Shown: piece by piece, positions 13,407 to 31,595 of the stretch
How the letters are laid out: each line of letters starts with the position of its first letter
How positions within the stretch are numbered: the first letter of the stretch is position 1
Assembly (NCBI GenBank): GCA_002104945.1
Contig: MCFH01000050.1
Coordinates: 186,001 to 250,000 of the forward strand
From: Piromyces finnis finn
Lineage: Eukaryota > Fungi > Neocallimastigomycota
Length of the DNA: 64,000 nucleotides
Direction of reading: 5' to 3'
Notes under the pieces: generated by a model
What the model was told of the DNA's origin: nothing
Seen by the model: only the letters and a program-made list of their open reading frames with translations
The model's database searches: none
Position numbers and translations under genes: made by a program

Positions 13407-15233
13407 TAGTATTACTTCTCCAAAATTCATAAATTTCACTGAACAATTTTCACAATAACCAGGTTTATTCATAAACGCAGGTGGACGAATTGCTGATTTA
13501 TCCCCTGATTTTGAGCCTTGTTTTTGTGGTGGTGTTTTTACTTTTTTTATTTCAACTTTCTTTTTATTATCGGCTATGGAAATTTCTTTTCTTTTCCAAT
13601 CCTTTTCTTTCGCATATTGCGATATAGGAACTACAATTTCACCTGTATCTCTCCTTGATTTAATACTAAAACTTACAATACCTGAAGCTATTGAATTACC
13701 AACATGGATATGACGTATATGGGAATGTGAATCTTGTTGCTTATCAATTAACTCTGAAGGTTGTTTTAGTTCCTGAACATTGTTATTAGCTACATGATTA
13801 TTTGCATTTTCAGGTGCTATTACAGCTGTATTATTATTTTCATTTATTTTATTTATATTTCCAGGATTGTTTGTTTTTTTAACTATAGTGTTTGTTTCAT
13901 TTTTTAAATTTTTTTGCTGATGACGAAGATAATCTCTTGGTTGTGGGGGATTAAAGGGGGAGCGACCATTAGGGTTTTCAATTAAATATAATTGAGGCCA
14001 CAGTGAAGGTAAATTTTTCTCTTCTGATTTTGGAATTGGATATTCTCGTACAGCAATAGGTCTATGAAGTGATAATAAATCTTCTACTACTAAATAATAT
14101 TGTCTTAAAAGATGAATTTCGCGATTAGTATTTAATCCAGAACCAACGATTTTTTCTTGTTGAAGTCTTTGTGTTAAACTAAGACGTTGTTGAGTTGATC
14201 CTGGATCAGTAATGATTTGATTAATACATCTTATAAGATATGCAACAGTCCATTCCTTACAATTAACAATATTTTGTGATTTTTTTAAATCATTGTTTTC
14301 TTTTGGTTTTGAATATAAATATTCTTTTCTTTCTTCGTTAATCAATCTTTGTGTTAATTCTCTCGAATCTTCTACTATTTTATGTGTAACTTTTGCAGAA
14401 AAAAAAGTCTCGACAGTCTTAAAACGATAAAAAATATATTTCATTTAAATATATATTAATAAACACATTAAATAATATTATAAATAAAAGCATATTTTAT
14501 ATATTTTATATTTATATTATTAAACTTTATAAATACATACTGCGCCAAGAGATATTATCTTTTTATGAAGACGAGTTATTTTGGGATCTGAGGTTTTTAC
14601 AGCAAAAAAGAAAATTTGTTTTTTAAATTTTGCTAATAAATATGCTCTTTTAGTATTTGAAAGTCCCTGCGCTTGACTAAGCTTCACTTCTGAAGTATTA
14701 TTATTTATTGAATTAGTATTATTATTTGTTGAAGCATTTATAAAATTTGAAATTGAAGTTTTCCATTTTGGATTCTTTGGAATTGGTGTCCTAAAAGACA
14801 TATTTTCATTACTAACATTATTATTTACATTATTTTTTATTACATTTCCATTTATTAAAGTACGATGGGATTGAGCTGGAGAGAAAAGATTTTGAAGGTC
14901 AACATTATTTGAACCAACATTTACTGATGAAGCATTATTATATTTTCCAGTCGATTTATGATTTAATGAATCCGCTTTGACTTCACGAGTACTTTTATGA
15001 GAATAATTATATAAATAAGGAAATCCAAATTCATTTCTTCTTACTGATTGATTATTTGACAATGTAATTGAATTTGTATGCAAATTGTCATTTACTTTTC
15101 CAACTTTATTTGAATTTAAATGATTTAAAACATCATTATTAGAAGTTAAATGTGTATTTTTTATTTGGCGTGAGCTATTTGTGCTTGTTTGATTGAGTGA
15201 ATGATCATATTGACTTGTTTTTTTGGAAGACAT
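9331..15233 (-). CDS. DBF4: Dbf4/Dfp1 regulatory subunit of Cdc7 kinase (DDK) with a very long C-terminal extension (4 exons, ~1836 aa)
   Basis: Exons 15233-14541, 14417-13416, 13275-11148, 11018-9331 join in frame. Motif N/BRCT is KIISLGA|TVETFFSAKVTH, motif M is YYLVVEDLLSLHRPIAVREYP, and the motif C zinc finger is KPGYCENCSVKFMNFGE|HIKSIAHRSFA (split by an intron). Confidence 0.88.
12166..12297 (-). repeat. 42-bp coding tandem repeat x3 (IENKTNDKNKNESE) in the DBF4 tail
   Basis: CGC anchors at 12174, 12216 and 12258 give a 42-nt period, matching a 14-aa repeat in the ORF translation. Confidence 0.93.
13349..13405. repeat. Compound (AAC)n(AAT)n microsatellite in DBF4 intron 2
   Basis: Read directly. 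It explains the artefactual poly-Tyr/Cys end of ORF 13326..14444. Confidence 0.93.
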
Positions 15234-16646
15234 TTTATGCTATATATTATTTTTAAATTAATTATTCTGAAAATTAATTGAAATGAAAAGTGCTAAGTAA
15301 TACTATACTAAAATATAATTAATTTAATTCTATCTATGAAAATATTATTTTCCAATTTTATAAGTATAATATCTTGATATTTTCTCTCTATCTTATTTTT
15401 TTTTACAAAAGAAGAAAAAAAAAGAAAAGAAAACAGGAAAATAATATATTGTGTTGAAATTTTTATATTTTTAATGATTTTTAATATTCAAAATTTAACA
15501 TTTCATTCTTTATTATTAATTTACATTATTATTGTTATATTACTTTTTTAATTTTCGTTTCTAAATTGTTGTTATTATTATTGAATATTATATACTGATA
15601 TATGTTATTTCAAATAAAAAAAAATATAAAAAAAAGAAATAAAATGTATATTTAAATATACATTTATCGTAAAGTGGTATATAATTGTATTAAAATATTC
15701 TTTTAATAAAATATAATTTTAATTAAAATTTATATTCCAATTTTTGTTTAAATTTATTTTTCTTGTTACTTTAAAAAACTATAATAAATAAATTATGTTA
15801 AAATTTTGGTATAATAATAGCTTTAAAAATAACAAGAATAATGTTTTAAAAAAAAAAAAAAAAAACAATAATTTCGAAATTTATTTAAATATCAAAAAAT
15901 TTTAAAAATCAAATAGTGTCTTAATTTTTTTTTTTTATTTTTTTTTTTCTTCACAAAAGATTATTTGAAATTAATTAATAGGTTAATATAAATAAAAATT
16001 TAATCAAAAAAAATTGGATGAAAAAATAATTTTTAATTTTATTTAATTATACCATTATTAAATATTTAATACAAGGACAATTATCACTAGCCAATGATTT
16101 AAAATAGTAAGAATTTATTTTATAATAATCTTAAAAATAAATAATAATTATAGTTGAATATTCATATTGTAAATTATTTAATATAAACAATATGTAATTC
16201 TCATAAATATAAAAATATTATATTATATAAAAATTCAATAAAATAAAAATATATCTTATATATTTATTATAGAAAGTTAAGAAACTTGAAAACACATTAT
16301 TTAACAGTTTTAACATTATTATTTGATTTTTAAAAATTAATAAATTTTAAAATTTATTTAAAATTCTTTAAACAATTCTTTTTAATTATTTATATTGTAA
16401 ATATAAATAATTTAATTTTAAATAAAAACTGATATTAATGAAAATATATATATTATTAAACTTATAAGCTAACCTAAAATTATATTATAAAAAGCATCTA
16501 TTTTTAATGTTTGAAATTACATATAATATTTTTACCATTGAATATAATGAAAATGAATTCAATAACATTTCTAATAAGAGTGATTAATTAAATAAATTAT
16601 TGAATTTAATTTTAAAATAAAATTTTGAATACAATAATAGTCCAAT

Positions 16647-17090
16647 TTAATCAGTGATTAATTCATCAACAGACCAATCTTCATAACTACCATCTGGTAA
16701 GTAACGACGAATAAGAAGTGGTATTTTCTTTTCACGTAATTCACACATAGCAATTTGAAGTGGATCAGTTTCACCATTTAATTCAACCATAACTGGAGCA
16801 TTCATACTAATTTGTAATGCTCTAGTACCTAAAACTCTTGCTCTTTCATATTTTGTTAAATATGGTGTTGTTACACGTTTTACCTTATCTACTGGACCTG
16901 GTGCTGTTGGAACAGATGGAGCTGGACCTTGACCAGCTGCAGCTTGGGTAAGACCAGTAATCAAATCTGTATTTTGTTCAGTTTGATAAATTTCAATATT
17001 GTCTTCTGGTTCTAAATAGTTATCATCATTGTAATCATTTTCATTATCATCATATCCATTATCTGAAACATCGTCTCCGTAATCAGACAT
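16647..17090 (-). CDS. RPB6: DNA-directed RNA polymerases I/II/III subunit RPABC2 (Rpb6), intronless, 147 aa
   Basis: Acidic N-terminus followed by the hallmark [29 protein letters not shown]...[31 protein letters not shown]. Confidence 0.98.
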   Translation of the reverse strand: MSDYGDDVSDNGYDDNENDYNDDNYLEPEDNIEIYQTEQNTDLITGLTQAAAGQGPAPSVPTAPGPVDKVKRVTTPYLTKYERARVLGTRALQISMNAPVMVELNGETDPLQIAMCELREKKIPLLIRRYLPDGSYEDWSVDELITD

Positions 17091-18408
17091 TTTGTATTAT
17101 CTATCATAAAAAGAATTTTATTTCAAAATAAAAACAATTGATATTAGTCTTTAAATTTAAAGAAATCTTTTTTTAAATTCATTCTAGAAAAATCATTTTA
17201 AAGTTTATTAATTCTAATATATATAATTTCAATAATACTGTCCATAAGTATAATTAAGCTATTTCATGAACTAATTATATATTTTTTATTTTGCATAATT
17301 TATATGAATATCATCAAACAAATTTCTGATTAAAATTATTATTTTGCTATTTAATTTAATTTTCGGGATTTAATATCTATATAATTATTCTTTTGTTGTA
17401 AATTCTTATATACATTAGCCAGAATTTACTAATATTTTTACCATGTTAATTTTATTATACAAATTCAACTATATAAATAATTACATACATTATCTTCTAA
17501 CAAGTCAAAGAAAAATACTAAAATATAGAATTTAACTGATTGATTTAAAATATTTAAAATTAAAAAAAAAAAAAAAAATTGATATTATAACAAAAAAACT
17601 TATATATAATATATAAGAATAATAAAAATTTATATTTCCTATATATATAACTCTAAATTATGATTGGTCATAAATACAAAATATTTTTTTATTAATGAAA
17701 AAATTAAAAAAAAAATATATATATATAAAAATAAAATATAAAATATAAAATATAAAATAAAACGTTATGAAGTTTTACAAATATAATCAATTAGATATTT
17801 AGAAACATTATTTAGTATATATTAAATATGAAAAACTAATTTCCATTTTATTTTATTAATTCTTTTATATAGTATTAACTATTTATAAATTTCATATTTT
17901 ATTATGTTTTATATATTTATATATTTAAAAATATAAATAATATATTGTATACAATTTTATTTGTATACATTTTGAAAATTATTATCCATTTACAATATAA
18001 TTTGTAATTTAAAATCAGTAATGATTTTGATTTTTAATATTTAAATTTAATTTTTTTTTTCTTTTATACCTTTAATATTTTAGCTATCTTCAATTTTTAA
18101 AAAAGAGACTTAAGTAATAGAAAAGAAAAAATTATAAATATTTTATAATAAAAAAAGAAGGAGATAGAATACACAAGATTTTGTATTGCATAAAATAAAT
18201 ATATATATAATTTCTACATCCAATGCAAATTTTTAAATTTTCAATTATTAATCATTAAATTAAAATCTAAATCCAGTCTTTTTTTTTTAATCAATATCAA
18301 ATATTTATCAATTTATTTTTATATTTTAAGTTTAAAATCTGCACATATAAAAGACTCTTCTTTCATTTTTCACAAATACATATAGATTTTCATAAAAAAT
18401 AATCTAAA

Positions 18409-21400
18409 ATGGATGCAATAAGTCAACGTAAACTTGTTGCAGCCGTTGCTGTTGGAATTGTTTCAAAACAGGTTAATATCATTTAAGTATATTTCTTATA
18501 TACCTATATATATAATCAAAAATATAAATAAATAAGAAAATAAACAAATATACATTTATAGTATTAAAACATTTTAAAATAATATATTTTTTATTTTTAG
18601 TTATACGATATATATGGATATTTTTTTGAACACAATTCAGGATATTCATCAACTACGTTAATACATTGGTGTATTATATATATTTGTTTCTTCTGTAAGT
18701 TTTAAAATTGATATATTTATAATATTTATAAAATTATTATTAATAATTTAAAATTTAAAAAAGTATCATTATGGTTCTTCCAAGTAGAAAGATTACAATT
18801 TAGATTTTTAGCCATTATAGTCTTTTCAATACTATCTATATTCTGGAACATTGGTATTTTCGAAGTTACTAAGTTTGTAAGTACATTATAAATATTTATT
18901 TAAATATTAATTAATAAATAAAACAAAAAATCTCAAATATTATTATTTTTAGTTACATGGAGAACCCTATTCATTAACAATACTAAAAAATGATGCACCA
19001 GTAGTTATAACTCAAGAAAAAGAAAGTATAAAAATCGATCACAACGAAAACTTAGGTACATATAAAAATTTATATAATTAAATTATTTTAGTTCTCAATT
19101 TAATTAAAATAATTTACATTAAATTTTTATTAATACTATTAATTAATTTTTACAATTATATTGATAATTGGAATTAATAGGTAGTCACTATATTCATTTT
19201 GTTCCATACGCTCGTGGTGTCTTTAATCCAAATGGTGATGCATTTTGTATTTCTGACTATAATACTAAAGTCGAAGTTCCATTATTAATTAAAGGTGTTC
19301 CACCATACAAAATAAAGTATGAATTCACAAATTTCAATACTAATAAAACTACAATTAATGAACATGAATTTAGTGTTACAAATGAAAAAATAAATATTGA
19401 TGATAAGCCAAAGGTTCGTCGTCATGTATTACCAATTAAAGCTCCAGGAAAAGTTCATTTAATTAGTGTCTCAGATGAAATTTATGGAGAAGGAAAAGTT
19501 GATACAAAAAATTCAAAAGATGCTTACATTATAAACTGTCCAAATGCTTCATTAACAGAAAGTTTTGTCGAGGTTTGTGTTGAAGATTCATATGATATTA
19601 ACTTTTTAGCTTCTGGTTTTGGACCATTAAATGTTTACTATACTAAAAAGGTCAAGTAAGTAGATTTAAAATATATAACTTTACTCTTTTTTTTATTCCC
19701 TTACATCAAAGACAAATATATATATATTCTCCTACATTTAACTAAACATAATATATAATATTGTGAATTTAAATTTTTTAAAATTAAGTAATGAAGATGC
19801 TATTTTAAATATGTTCCAGTCAGGTACTATTAGTAAAGAAAATGATGTTCAAAAGCAACATGAGATAAGAGACTCAATTCATTTTGATTTCCCAACTCCT
19901 GGATCCTATCTTTTTAAGGTAAAAAGAAAATATAGAATAATTTAAATATTTTTAATATTTATAATATTTATTATTAAATTGATTCATTATAAAATTATAG
20001 ATTGCAACAGTTATGGATAATTTAAACAACACTGTTTGGTATACTAATAATAAATTAACACTTAGTAAAATTCCAGGATATGAAGTTTTTTCAAATAACG
20101 CTAAAGATATTAGTACATTAATTAATGTTAGACCAAAACCAACAGCAAAATTGGAATCAAAAGACACTAATTTATTATTAAATCAAAAAGCAAAGGTTAA
20201 AGTTATATTAGAAGGAACAGGTCCATGGACAATTACTTACGCCTTTTTAGAAGATAAAACTGAAATTGTACCAGAGCTTATTGAAAAAAATAAGATTGTC
20301 ATAGATAATATTCAACAAAATAATTATGTTATTAATATTGATAAGCCAGGTATATTTAAACTTTTAAGTGTTACTGATGCTTATTGTAAGGGTGAAATTT
20401 TATTACCATCAGATTCTCTTGTTCAATTAATTTATCCACCAGAAGTTGAAATTACTAAAGAACCTATATATGAATCATGCCCAGATCCTATTGGTAAATA
20501 AATTAATATATATTAAATTATTTATATAATAAATAATTGAATTGTTAATTTCAAAATTTTATTTTTAGGTATGAGATTTAATGTTACTTTTGTTGGTGAG
20601 CCACCATTCAAATTGAAATACAGTTACACTAATGAAAATACTGGTGAATCTAAAATTGAAAATATTATTAGCAATCAATCACGTTTCATATTTAATGGAA
20701 CACCAAAAGTTCCTGGAAAGTACGCTTATAGTTTTCTTTCATTGAATGATGCTAATTATTTTAATGTTCCTGTTAATATTACAGAAACAACCTTCCCAGT
20801 TCATCCACCAAGTGATGCTATATTTTTAAAAACAGATAAAATATACTCATGTGGTATGTGTAATATATTTAAAGTAAAGTATTATCATAAAACAATAATT
20901 TAAATATTAAATAATTATTTATAATTAATATAAATAGTTGGAGAAACTGTTACATTACCAATTAGACTTAGTGGTACTGGTCCTTGGTCTTTAACTGTAA
21001 TTATTTATTTATTCATTATCCTATTTTTTTTTTAAGTTTAATTATTTTAATTAATTTATTATAATTTATTATTAAAAATTATATAAATATACCTTATTAT
21101 TAAAAGTATGATATATTATACGGAAGAATTAGAACATCAAAAACTATTAGTAATATTTCATCTTCTAATTATGATTTAATTACTGAAAAATTTGACCAAT
21201 CTGGAAGTTATTCATACGAGCTAAGTAGTATTATAGATGCTAATGGTTGTATTAAAAATATTCAACATTCTTCACCAATTATTATTGAAGTCTTCGGTCA
21301 TACCCCAAAGGCTTATTTTGCTGGTGAGACTGATGAAAGCAGAAGACAATATATTACTTTAGATGACCCAAATGGAGTTTACTTACCAGTTAGACTTGAA

Positions 21401-23294
21401 GGAAAGCCACCATTTGATTTAAACTATACTTTGATTAATGAAGATAAATTAATTGTTGATAAATCTATTTGGAATCAAAATGCTTTACTAAAAGTTTATA
21501 AGCCTGGTGTTTATGAATTAAGAGGTATTCATGATAAATACTGTCCTGGTATTGTTGAAAATCCAAGACAATTCGAAGGTAAAGTATTAATGATTTAAAT
21601 TTAATTATATAAAAATGTTTATAGTTCTTTTTTTTTAATTATGTTGTTGTTGTTTTCTTTTATAAACTCAATAGTTAGAGGAATTTTAAGACCAACTATT
21701 GAAATAGTGGAAAATGAAGTTACTAAAATATGCAAGAGTGAGGATTCTTGTATTTTATCTCGTACCACAATTTGTGAAAATGAATCAGATTCATTAGGTA
21801 TTAAAATGACTGGTAAACCACCATTTATTGTTAAATACTCTATAACTGATGAAAAAGGCAAAGAGTCTGTCTTTACTGAAACTCTTTCACAATACGACTC
21901 CAGATTATCATTATATTCAAAGGCTGTTAAAGGAAATTACACAATAAAAATTTTATCTATCGCTGATGCTAACTACAGTAAACCTTCAAAAGTCAATGAA
22001 GTTGTTCAACAAGAAGTTAAAAGCAAACCAAGAGCTTCATTTATTACAAATAAGAAATTATTCCAATGTGTTGGTGAAGATACTAGTGACTTAGAAATTG
22101 TTTTACAAGGTGAAACACCATTTACTGTTAAATTTTCATATCGTTATAATGGTAAACACGATACATTTGAAATTAAAGATATTAATACTCAAATCTTCAA
22201 ATTCTCAATTAACGAATATATTAAGGATGTTGGTATCTACTCCTTTTATATTCGTAATGTTATTGATGGATCTGGTTGTATTTATGAAGAAGAAGAGACT
22301 AATGATAAGGCTGCCTTTGTTGAGGTTTCAGATGTTGCAAAGATTTGGTCTACAAGTGCACCAGAAGTTTGTGTTGGAGATATGCTTTACTATACTCTCT
22401 CTGGTATTGGACCATTCAAAGGTAAATTTTATTTGATAAATATAAAATATTTTTATTTTAAAAATATAATAAAGAGTTTTAATTAAATAAATATTGTTTA
22501 TTTTTATTATTGCTATGTTAATTTAATATAAAATAAATAGTTTATTACTCACTTAATGACGGAGAAGAAGTTCCAGTTACTGCTTCAGATAATCAATTAA
22601 AGTTGCGTACTGGTGAACCTGGTATTGTTACAATTACTAGAGCTTGTAATGTTATGGGTTGTTGTTCAAAACCAATTGGATTATCACATGTTATTCACAG
22701 TTGGCCAACAGCTAAAATTAATGATGGTAAGGATATTATTGAAGAATTAAGAGAAGATGAAGGAGATATGGGTAAAATCAGAGTTGACTTTACAGGTGTT
22801 CCACCATTTGATTTTACTGTAAGTATTTAATGTATAACAATATATTTTAAATATACTTATTTTAAACTATGGATATTAATAAAATATTTTTCACATATAT
22901 CATGAATAATATTTATATATATATATAGTATTCACACAAAATTTTAAATGTTGGTATTCATAAATCATCCGATATTAATAGTATTTCACCACAAGATATT
23001 AAGTCAGAAAAACAAGTTTCGATTGTTGGTATTAATGATTATAAGTAAGTATATTTTGTTTTGAAAAGTAGATAAATTAAATTAAATTTGAAATAATATT
23101 ATTAATAATCTCTAAAATTATCTATTATTAAATAATTTAGATATGTTTTCGAATCTTCTGAAGAAGGTTTATACATGGTATCATCTATTTCAGATAAATA
23201 TTGTGGTAATAGACAATCTTATTCTAATCAATCTGAAGAAAAAGTAGAAGATTCTTCAAATACTAAAGATAAAAAAACAGGAGAAAGCAACTAA
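18409..23294 (+). CDS. POM152: Nuclear pore membrane glycoprotein Pom152-like (about 14 exons)
   Basis: N-terminal hydrophobic segments (MDAISQRKLVAAVAVGIVSKQ...), then ten copies of a G-x-(P/G/T)-P-(F/W/Y/L)-x-hydrophobic-x-(Y/F) motif (GVPPYKIKY, GTGPWTITY, GEPPFKLKY, GKPPFDLTY, GVPPFDFTY and others) with D..GC/YC partners. The C-terminus is EEGLYMVSSISDKYC. All introns I checked are GT-AG and in phase. Confidence 0.82.
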
Positions 23295-23882
23295 AATCAT
23301 TTAAAAATGAAAAATTAGAATAATTTTTTTTTTCTTAATCATACAATTAATTAGAAATGAAATTATAATTATTATAATTATAATTATTCGACTATATATA
23401 TTTAATTTATAATACATATAACTTTTTTATTTTTATATTATTATTTAAAATATATATATATATTTATAATAAATTTTCTATTAAATTTCTTTATTTATTT
23501 ATAATATCGATACTTTTTTTTTACCACAAATTCTTTTTTCTTTTTTTCTTATTATTTAATAAAATATATATATATTATTATTATCATTTTTTATACCAAA
23601 ATAAATAAACACTTAATAAAAATAATATTTATATTTATATAAACTATGGTGTATCAATAAATTTTTTGCGATTAATACTTTTATTAGTATTATTCAAAAA
23701 AGAAAAATAAATAGGTATAATTATTTATATAATTACTATTTTGATGAAACAAGATATATAAAAAAAAAAAAAATTGAAAATAGCAAAAAATACTATATGT
23801 TAAATTTTATTAATAGATTTATAATTAAATTGATTAAAATATAAAAGTAATAACAAATATAAAAAGTTAGTCATTTAATAAT

Positions 23883-26342
23883 TTAGATGTCATCTTCTAA
23901 ATTAAGTAAAACTCTATTGGTATTTTGGTCACAGGTAGTAACATTATTATTATTTTTATGACAATCACAAGTTTCACCATTACCGCCACAGCATACATCA
24001 CCAACATTAGTTCTTGGGAAATGGAAATTATTTAATGATTCTTCTAATGAAATATGTGTACTCTCTTCAGAATTAGTATTTTCATCACCTTCTAAATTCT
24101 TAATACTAACAATATTTCTCTTCTTACGAACGAATTTTGGGACAAGACGTTTCTTATTACCAAGATCTTCTTCTATAACTTCTTCATTTTCAAAACCTTC
24201 ATATTTTAATACTTCTAAAACTTCACCCATCAAGAAATATTTACCCTTCTTGGTAATCTTAACACGACACATCTTACCAAGTAAACCTTTTTGTCTTGGT
24301 ACTAAAACTTGATTATAATAACGGTTATGACCAACATATAAATCTCCAGAACCACTATTAACTTCAGTAACTAAGATTTCTTGTTCAGTTCCAATGATTT
24401 CTTCACCATAAGTTTCATAAGATTCAAAGAAAGTAGTAATCTTTCTACTACGATTTTTAACTATACCAGTTGGAACTCTAGTCATCTTGGCAGCTGGAGT
24501 ACCTGGTCTTGGATAGAACTGACTAATATGAGTAATTGGGAAACGACACTCTCTCATTAAATCCATAGTTTTTTCAAAATCTTCTTCAGTTTCAGATGGG
24601 AAACCACAAATGATATCAGTAGCAATAGTAACACCACCAATTTCCTTTGTACCATCTCTTAAAGCATATACAACCTTCTTAAATTCATTAATAGTATATT
24701 TTCTTTTCATAACATCGAGAACACTATCAGAACCACTTTGTACTGGGATATGAATAAAGGCATAAACTCTTGGATGAGATAAAATTTTTGCCATTTCTTC
24801 TACATGTTCTAATATATATGGAGGATTTGTCATTCCAACTCTTAATTTTGCATATGGATGGTTTTCTTCAATAGCTTTAACGACTTCCCATAATAAGTCA
24901 ACAATTGTGACACCAATATCAATACCATAAGCACCAACATCTTCTGAAGTAATCCAAATTTCAACAACACCTTGCTTTAAAATAGATTTAACTCTTTCAA
25001 CAATCATTTCGATTGGGTATGAGCCCAAAGCACCACGAGCAGCCTTAGTTTTACAATAGGTACATTCATTTAAGCAACTTTATTAGCCCAAATAAAAAAA
25101 TGATTTTTGTTTCCATTTCAAATTGATTATCATTGTTAATGCCATCGATTGATTATTTTATTATATATTTATTATATAAATTAAATATATATTTTTTAAA
25201 GTTATTAAATTTATTTTAATGTTATTTTAAAATTTTGATTTTGATATTATTGAGATTATTATTTTTATAATTATTTAAAAGTAAATATTTTATTTTAATA
25301 TTTTTATTTTAATATATTCCTTTAATTATTAATTAAATTTAAATTTTTCATTAATTTATTTACCCAGTACTAATTGGTATAATTTCAATTAATGGATTCT
25401 TTCTAATTTTTGGTAATTCTAAATTAGCACCACCTAATTTTTGTCTTAATCTCTTTCTTTCTCTCATATATCTAATGGTATTACCCTTCAATGTTTCTTC
25501 AACAACTTCAACAACTCTATCAATTTGTTGAACCTTTATATTAATAATATCAAAAATTTTAAATAAATAATTTTTAATTTTATTACAATTAGCGGGGTAT
25601 AATTATTATTTTCAATCATTTTTATTATTGATTATTATAATAATTGAAATAAAAAATATATATATGTATTCAATTCAATTTTTCTTAAAATATAAATTTT
25701 AATTACCCCAATAACACTATATGGTTTCCATCTCTTATCCTTTTGACTAGCTTGTGGTACACAACCAGCTAAAACTACTAAAATGTTATGTTTTTTGGCA
25801 TTTTCAATTTCATTAACAAATGTTTGTTCACTTGGATTTTTTACAGTACATGAATTAAGTAACCATAAATCAGCTTCATATTTTTTAGCAGATTCAAAAA
25901 TGATTTTATAACCTCTTTCTCTTAATAAACCTGCCATGTATTCAGAATCAGACTATTATTATAATAAAATTATTATGATTATTATTATTACACAATTACA
26001 ATAAAAAATTTATTTTCTAAATAATAAAATATAAATAAAAATAAAAAAAAAGAAAGAAAAGAAAAAGAAAAAGAAAAAGAAAAGAAAAAAAAATCATTAA
26101 AAAAAAAAGATGTTTACGTTATTATGTGAACAACCCCAGCTTCTAACATAAATTGTTGCATTTCCTGGTAAGAAATGTTGGGTTGGATATTTATTATCAG
26201 ATGCCTTTTCATTATCATTTTGGGCATTATTTAAAATTACTGGATTTATTTCAACAGTACCATTTTCTTCCTCTCTCTTATTAATACCTTCTTCAACATG
26301 AAGATCTTCTATATCAACATTTTCAACAAGTCCAATATCCAT
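23883..26342 (-). CDS. CDKAL1: tRNA t6A37 methylthiotransferase, CDKAL1/e-MtaB type (radical SAM + TRAM; 4 exons)
   Basis: UPF0004 domain SWGCSHNN|[10 protein letters not shown] with LLNSCTVK and VLAGCVPQ. Radical-SAM motif ISTG|[15 protein letters not shown], then [18 protein letters not shown] and [12 protein letters not shown], followed by a TRAM region ([11 protein letters not shown]). The 3' end may have an alternative exon (see findings). Confidence 0.93.
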
Positions 26343-27451
26343 AATGTATAATTAATTTATTATATAATTAGTAATTGTATAATTATTATAGAAAAAATAT
26401 TCAAAATAAAAAAGATATTTAAACTTAAATATATATATTTAATAGATCAATTTAATTATTATTTAATTCTGTAATTGATTTATATATATATAAATTAATA
26501 TATATCAATAAAATTCTTTTTTATTAATTAATGTATTATAATAAATTAAATATACAAAAAATTATTATTTAATGAAAATAAACTAATGTATTGAAATTAC
26601 TTTATTAGAAATTTTTAACTTTTTCCATTTCAAATATTTAAAAAAAGTTAGCTCAAATTGAAAAATGAAAAAAAGAATAATAATATTTTGTATTAATATA
26701 CATTAAATATTAGTGATTCTAATTCTTACAATTTATTTATTAATTAATAATTATTTTCTGTTTGTTTTTTTCGTTTTTTTTTTTTTTTTTTACTGAACTA
26801 ATTAAATAAATCATAAATTCTTTAAAGTATTTTAATAATTTTTTTTTACTAAAGTACTCAAATATTCATATTAAGAGAGGTATAGTATAAAAATTATGGT
26901 GATCATAAATAAATATATAATATACAGAATAGATTAATAAAAAGATAGTTTCAATATATAAAATAGAAACTAAAATAATTATATTTTTTTAAAATATATT
27001 ATATATTTTTATTAATTATTTATATATTATTTATATTATAAAAAGAAAAATAGAATAAAAAAAGATATTTATTATATTATTCAATAATTAATTTAAATAA
27101 CATTTATTACTGAATTTCTTTTATATTTTTTGACTTTCACCGTTTTTTACTATTATTTACTATTATCTCTTTTATGATTTAAAAAAAATTAAAAAAAAAC
27201 TAGTATTATTTTTTAAATATTGGTTTCTCCGTATTAAAACAAATATTATTTCGATTATATACATAATCTCAAATATCAGCAAATTAAATTTTATCTTCAT
27301 ATTAATTTTTTCTTCAATGTTAATATTATTAAAGAAATAGTTATTTTTTCATTAGCATAATAATTGACATTTTTATGTTAATATTAATAATGAACATATT
27401 ATGATATTTCATTAAAAAACCAAATAATTTAACCCTTTATTATTTATATTC

Positions 27452-31257
<3,806 letters not shown>

Positions 31258-31586
31258 TAGAAAAGTTTAAATATATAAAATTAAATTCTATTTACAAAAT
31301 TTGAAAAATAAAGGTTTATAAATTTATATTAAAATTGTAATTAAATATAATAATAAAATTTAGTAAATAACAATTTTAATACAATTTTTTTTTTTTTTTT
31401 TTGGTCTACTAATAATTAAATAAGATTAATAAAATATACTAAATATAATATATAAAAAAAAAATTAATTTAAAATTGAATATTTAATGGATAAAAAAAAC
31501 AATATTTTATTTAATAAAGTAATCAAAAATTTATTTGTCATTTAAAATATAGGCATTCTGTTATTATTAACTCTATAATTTATTGC

Positions 31587-31595
31587 ATGACTCAT
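31587..31595. promoter_or_regulatory. Candidate Gcn4/CpcA/AP-1 site ATGACTCAT about 330 bp upstream of SMG6
   Basis: Exact match to the optimal Gcn4 consensus. Sequence match only. Confidence 0.2.
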
